Source of the DNA: the human T2T-CHM13v2.0 reference genome, Homo sapiens | Assembly: GCF_009914755.1 (NCBI RefSeq) | Contig: NC_060938.1 | Reading direction: 5' to 3' (one strand) | DNA length: 64,000 nucleotides | Shown: one piece after another, positions 57,781-64,000 of the stretch | How positions within the stretch are numbered: the stretch's first letter is position 1 | How the letters are laid out: each line of letters starts with the position of its first letter | Notes under the pieces: model-generated | Seen by the model: only the letters and a program-made list of their open reading frames with translations | Database searches by the model: none | Told to the model about the DNA's origin: nothing | Position numbers and translations under genes: made by a program

Positions 57781-60700
57781 GGGGAGGGTTCCCAATCGGC
57801 TGGCCCTGCCTTCCCCATTCCATCTTCCACCTCTCCTTGCCTTCCAGTTTATGAGCTAAGTACTAATGGACAGACTAGGTTTTCTTGCCTCTGCTCATGT
57901 CTAATTCACCTTATTTACAATAAATGTTGGAGGAGGAAGGAAGATACTCCTTTGTAATTTGTACAGAAGGACTTGTATAACATTAGAAAAGATAGGGTTG
58001 AATAAGTTACATAGAAAAAATATGTCACTCTCCATGTAACTACAAAGACATCCATAAACAGGCCTGAGCATGCCACATGCACATGTCAGCACAGTTCACA
58101 GCATTCACTGAGCACCTGCTGTGGCCAGAGACCACAGTAGATGCTGGGGGTGAAAAGCTCAAGGAGCTCTCCCTGTAGTGAGGGAGGCAGCAGAAACCCA
58201 CAGTTTCATCATAGGGTAGTTGAGTTTAGGAATAGGAATGGGTACGGGATAGTAGGGGATTGTGAGCCTGAGTATTCAGGGAGGACTTCTTGGAGGAGGT
58301 GATGCACAAGTTCTGTCTTCAGGGAAAGTCAGTAGTAACCAGGTCGAAGGTAGTGTAAATTCCTTTTCTCCTTTTTCCTCTTTGGGATTTGTATTTTTCC
58401 CATGGAATTTTACCTGTACAGGTCATTTTACACTGGACTAACAATGCTTAAGTGCTTTTTAAAAGCAAACTGTGCCAGATTTATCCCATTGGTAGGAACT
58501 TTCTTCATGAGTTCAGAGGCTTTGTCTTGGTTCCCGTTGTATTGCCAGTGCATGGCCCCTGGTAGGTGCTGAGTAAATGTTGGTTGAATTGGATGCCTTG
58601 AGGTGAGGCATGAGAAAGGGTTCTCCTCCTCCCCCTGAAGGTGGTGAAGATAGTTGTGACAGTTGAGACTTGCATGGGGCTGACCTTGTGAGGTCCTAAG
58701 CCTGGTGACCAGCCTCTGCAGTGTAACTGGGCTGTCTCATGGGAAGGGCAGAGCCTTTCCTACGTGGCCAACTCTGTGTTCTGAACAGGAGTGCCAAACT
58801 CATTTGGAGGGGAAGGGAGCGCCCTTTTAAAGCCTCAACTACTAATTAAATTCAAGCAGAAGATGGTGAAGGTGGAGCTAACTCATTTATTAGCATATAA
58901 TATGATCAACCTAACTCATATAAATGTAGATTACCTTGGTTTGTCTTTTCCTGGCTGCAGAAAAGGCTTGGAGAGGTGCCTTGGATTGTGAGTTAGTCAG
59001 TGAGCAGCTGCTTAAAGATTTGAAAAATCCTAGAATATGTCATCTCTGTAGGCTTTATCCTTTAATTAATTATGGATTTTTATCTGCATATATGTGAAGC
59101 TAATGATTGACTTGGTTCGGACACTGAATTGTCGGCTTAAACCTGCCATTCCACTGGGCTTCATCACTATGTTCTATGGGTGTGAAGCCTTTGTTTTTTC
59201 AGAGACCCATTTCCACCAGCGGGTTTGCACTGTAAGTGTTTCCACAGGAACTCTGCCCTTTGCCAGTGTCACTGTTGTGGCTATGCAGCAGAACCCACAG
59301 GGCGGAGGTGTTTCAGCCCTCACTGAAAATGCAACAGATCTTAACATCTCTTGCTGCAAATTTTCCAGTGTGTTCTGGTCTACCTTGGTATCTTAAAACC
59401 AGGCTCACTGACTACCACATGAGAAATGACAGTGGGGTGTCTTAAATGATCTGTTGAAGACCAGCAGCCAAAAAGATTGCCCTTAGTGTTTCTCTCTACC
59501 GGCTAACATTAGACAATGCCATGTAGAAGCTGCTGTTAGGGTTTGAGAACTGTGTCGCCTCATTCTCAAGATAGCCAAGGAAGTGTCATCTCTGGAGAAG
59601 GCAGTTCTGTCTCTTTCAGTTTCTCCATGGATCCGATATTGTTCTGAAAGAGGTGGTTTTACCAATTCGTCTCACACAGACTTCTTGCCTTTACTTTTAT
59701 CTGACTGCTGACAGGGTGGGCTGGAATATAATCGCTACTTAACTGGACTTGACTTTCAAGGCCTGATTGGCGTTTCCAGTATAGCAGTTGCCTGAGTCAT
59801 CTAGTTTTGGAACTGATAAATCAAAGGACTGGCTTGGAGGCTAGTGTCCTGTCTGGAGAATGGGCTTAATGTAACTTCAGTTAAGAAATTAATGAATCTG
59901 AAATAGTTATAACCCAAGGAAGAGATTTTCCTAAAGAATGTCCCTTTAGAGAAATAATGACCAGTTCCCTCAAAAAAAAAAAAAAAAAAAAAAGGAAAAA
60001 CAGACACTAGACTGGATAGAAAAGACTTACATGTTGAGGCTGATGATTTCTCTTATGGAACTATAAAAGGACTGGACTCTAAGGAAATGAGGGTCTTCAA
60101 CTTCATTGGTGATATTTCCAGTTGTTCTGGAGCTGTGATAGAACCAGGACTAGAGAATGCAGGGCACGATGATAGATTTTTTTTTATGTAGCACTTTTAA
60201 ACATAAAAAATATATATCTAATGTGCCAATGCAAGACCTGGCCTTTTTGTAATCAAGTAATATTTTGAGTAATAATTGATTGCACAACATCCTGTGACAC
60301 ACTGTGAAAGAGTAAAATTGGCTTAAAAATTTTAAGTACAAAGACATTTCAGAAGAGTTTTGTCCATAACTTTGTTAGACTGAAATGAGGAATTACATTT
60401 GGCACCAGGAAATGGATCTGGATTATTTAGAACAAATGTTTTCCAGGTTTGAATCTTCTATGTGGAAGTACAGCCTGACTTCTTTGCCTTTTCCCTGGTC
60501 CGGGATCCTGACAGTCAGTTCTTCAGCTCTGTGCCTCCAGAATTTCATGTTTATGCTGCACAAGGCCTGTATTTTATAATGGTGGCTCTTTTGGACGATG
60601 ACTTCCTCGATGGTGAAACTTCCAGTAATCTCCCTCATCATACTGAAATGATATCAGTATATCATCAGAACACCATGGAGCTTGTCATTTGAGGGACACA

Positions 60701-62388
60701 GCTTGCTTGTGTGCTTGGGAAAGAAGAGGTTTAGCATGGTTTCAGGTCAGTGATGAGTCCAATGATCTCTGCAAGTTCCCTTAGCTCTGAGAATTCTGAT
60801 GTCATATGCACTTCTGCCGCCAGAGTTGCTGCTTACTGGATGCGTAAGAAGCAAGGAAAATAAATGTAAAATGCCTGGCGCCACTGAGGAAGTAGGGTGA
60901 GGAGTTAAGTTAGACAGTGACTGGCATTTCCCAGCCACACTAGTACAGAAGTGTCCTGTGGTACGAACGGAGGCAGGCTGGGGGGTTCCATTGTGTGCCA
61001 GGTGTTTCCATGAAAATAAACTGTTGAGTGCCAGGTATGGCAGCTGCAAACAGGGATTTGGGGGGCAAAATTTAATCTTTTTTTGTGATTTGTTGAATGA
61101 AGTGCCTAATGTGTCTCAGTAACTTACTTGAGAGGAAAAGAGCCACAAGCAAGGTAGTGGAGAGTGCTGGATGGTTGCCTTGTGACCAGACCTGTTCTTT
61201 TAAGGCCTCTGGAGCCAGCTGTGGGACGATCAATCCAGCAGCTGCAGGTACGCCTCGGGTGACACTTGGGTCTGTAGTCAGCGGGGTTGCCTGTGACTGA
61301 GAGTGGCAGAGTGGACCCTTGCACTGATGAATCCTGACCCTGCTGATCTTTGCTTGGGTGATGGCTGTTTGTGTGCTATTTCTAGAAGTTCCTCCCGCCT
61401 GCCTATGTGACCTGTTTTCACCAGATCCAGATTGCTAGCCCCTTAAAGCTTGAAGAACCTTAAAGGTCATCTGGAACAAAAGATTTATTTATTTTTAGCC
61501 CGGTGGCCACCCTGAACCCCCCAGTTGATTGATTGAGGCTAGTCTTGAGCGTGCCCTGCTTCACATGCTAGTTTTCCAGTTTCTACTTTGGGAGAATGAC
61601 CTTATCATTAGGCTGGCCAAGAGGGCTTCTTTCTGTTCCTGTCACAGTACTAGGCTGTATACTCATTCACCCTCAGTTCCCTTTTCTGGTATATTTCTTA
61701 ACAAATTATTTCCCTCTTTCCACTATTTTTAGGGGTAACAAGTCTAAGATATTTACATATAAATGGCTCTCCCTTCTCAAACCCTTTTCTAGCAAGCACT
61801 TTCTGGGAGGACAGTGTCTTACCAGGATCTTCTGTCACTGTGGTCCCTTTGAGGGTAGAAAGAATAGATTGTTGTGAAGTCTTTTGTCAGCCTCTTCATG
61901 GTTATAAACGTACTTAGTTTTCCAGACTATGTAGGTTTTAGACTTCAAGTGAAAAGAGTATACGTTGTTATGCAGCAATAGAAAACAAAACAACTACCAC
62001 AAAATTGTATTTTTTCTCCATCCAGAGGCTTTAACTTTCAACATTTGTATATGGAGGCAAGGCTGACAGCCACAGCAGTAATTTCATGATGGCTGAAATA
62101 GCTGTGAACTGTGCATTAACTTGTTCCTTCTCTCTTAAATTCTGCTGCAGTGTTGGAGCAGGGAAGGCGAGCAGAGGAGTGATGAATAGAGTAGCAAGTG
62201 GGATAATATACAATAATAGGAGATACACAATAAGGATTAATTAGGTGTCAGGCTAAGTATTTCATGTGCATTAACTAATTTAATCCTCAGAATACCTTCA
62301 AGATATTCAGATTCTCTTATTATCCTCCTCTTTGGGAGGCAACTGAGGCTCAGAGAGGTTAAGATACTTGCCCCAAATAAGTGGTGAA

Positions 62389-62490
62389 GGCTGGGCACGG
62401 TGGCCCAGCACTTTGGGAGGCCAAGGCAGGAGGATTGCTTGAGCCCAGGAGTTTGAGACCAGCCTGGACAACATAGCAAGACCCTGTCTC
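62389..62490 (+). mobile_element. Alu monomer inserted in a MIR
   Basis: Left arm lacking the tcacgcctgtaat segment and followed by a T-tract; MIR core ggcaactgaggctcagagaggttaa just upstream. Confidence 0.75.
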
Positions 62491-64000
62491 TTTTTTTTTT
62501 TTTAAAGTTGTGGAGCTAGAGTTTGAGCACCTGCATGGAACCACTAAGCTGCATTACACCTGCCTCAGGTGGTTGATATGAAGAAAAATAAAAATTTTTC
62601 AGATGGACTCTGGGTATTTGCCTTTTAAGGCTATATGCCTTTTAATTCTGATGTAAAGTGGTAGAGAAATGATTAAAGGTTTAAGAGTTGATAGGGCCCT
62701 GGGTAGCAGGGACACTTTACATGTGTTGTGTGTGCATCTGCAGCAGATGACAGCTCCCCAAATGGACATGCCTCCCTTGTTCAAGAAAGCTTGTCAGGGT
62801 GGCACCAATTTTTTTTTAGCAATTTAATGAATGAGGTATCAAATGATCACATAATACAAATTTGATTGATCTCCTTTTGGATATATCTCCCCTTAAACAT
62901 TGTGCTGGCTACACTATCCATTTCTATAATACCTTTGATTTTATCCTCTTTACTCCTAACAGTGAATTCCTAGGTAAAGTCACAACTGAATTTATCAGCA
63001 CAAGCATGCTGCATCATGTTGTACGTTCTGCAAACAGTAACTTGAGATAGTGTGTCATTTCCCAGTTCTTAAGGCTGTGGCCTACACCAATGGTCTTATT
63101 TTCCCTTTTGATTTTTTCAAAATTAACTGTTATTTTGCCAATAAGTTTAACATTTCATTGCAGCAATTATTACGTGTCTGGGGTTATGCAACACATGGGA
63201 TGTGCAGAAATAAAAAGATAGTTTCCCTGCCCTCAAGGAGCTTGTCTTATAGGGGAAACAGATACATAAACACTTCTAGGGCACACAGATTTTCATGTAT
63301 GTGTGTACTATGGTGTTAATGCAGAATTCTGTAAAGGAATAAAGCTTCCATGATCAAAGCAAGCATGGGCAAATGCTTCACATCTTTCTGCCTGTGTTTT
63401 GCGAGCCCATTCTGTTTAATGTGGACTTGATTTAAAGTCGACCTGCAGTCCTGGACTTCAACCAAACAGCCATTATAGTAATGAACATTTAAAGGAGTTA
63501 TTTTTCCAAAGCATTATAGTTTTTCACATCCATCTTTTCATTCCCTCATTAGCTAATGATGTTGATGTCCTCACAAGCATTGTTTAGGAATGGCTTAGGA
63601 ATTTTACCGTATGTTTACTTTGGCTTGTCTGCTGCCCCTTGCTTTGTAATCTGTTCACCGGTGATTCAGTTGTTTCTTTGAGTCCCTTTGAAATTGCAAG
63701 TTGACGGGTGGGGACTGGTGGGGAAAGAAATCCAGAATAGATATTCCTAAAACTGTGAAGTGAAAATTCAGGAGAGACTGTCATAACTCTGCTTATTTAA
63801 GGTGGTTTGGTTTGTGCCAAGCTAAAGGAGGGAATATTGATTGAATTACTTTTTTAAAATGCAATTAATTTTTATTTAATTGTTTTCCCTGGAGTTGTGG
63901 GGTTGAGGTATTGCAGTTTAAAGCAGTTTGGATGTGCTGATAATTTTTTTCTGATTATCTTCAAGTCTCCATGGACAGTGTCACTGCAGGTCTATTCATG

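Noticed and set aside
59972-59993. Orphan poly(A) run
   Set aside because: No upstream retro-element or processed-pseudogene body and no TSD identified.
60385-60692. Overlapping 64-76 aa ORFs in unique intronic sequence
   Set aside because: No similarity to PKC-eta or any protein I recognise; lengths are within random expectation.
60747-60800. C/D-box-like motif pair (GTGATGA ... CTGA) in intron 1
   Set aside because: Only ~50 nt between the boxes, no convincing flanking terminal stem and no recognisable rRNA guide; likely chance. An Rfam or snoscan search would settle it.

Overview
This is primate, almost certainly human, genomic DNA containing the 5' end of PRKCH (protein kinase C eta). 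About 37.7 kb of repeat-dense upstream sequence (Alus, L1/L2/MIR relics, ERV1 solo LTRs, a complete THE1 MaLR element, hAT and mariner MITEs) precedes a CpG-island promoter and coding exon 1 (38715-39077, 121 codons of the novel-PKC C2 domain). The first ~25 kb of intron 1 follows. The most interesting signal is below the ORF-track cutoff: the 5' leader holds two short AUG uORFs. The second (38567-38647, MASRGALRRCLSPGLPRLLHLSRGLA) has a strong Kozak context and a PKC pseudosubstrate-like motif, so the mRNA appears to encode its own kinase inhibitor. I recall this peptide being reported as uPEP2, so it is probably not new. Around it are a G-quadruplex/hairpin switch and an in-frame strong-context CUG that could give an N-terminally extended kinase. 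Other observations: a templated ~185-bp insertion inside a MER50-like LTR that preserves the pre-insertion state of a neighbouring LTR site, further local duplications, a human-specific AluYb8, a fold-back Alu hairpin and candidate CTCF sites. There are no prokaryotic features (CRISPR arrays, operons). Repeat subfamily names come from recalled consensus features, and most repeat boundaries are approximate.
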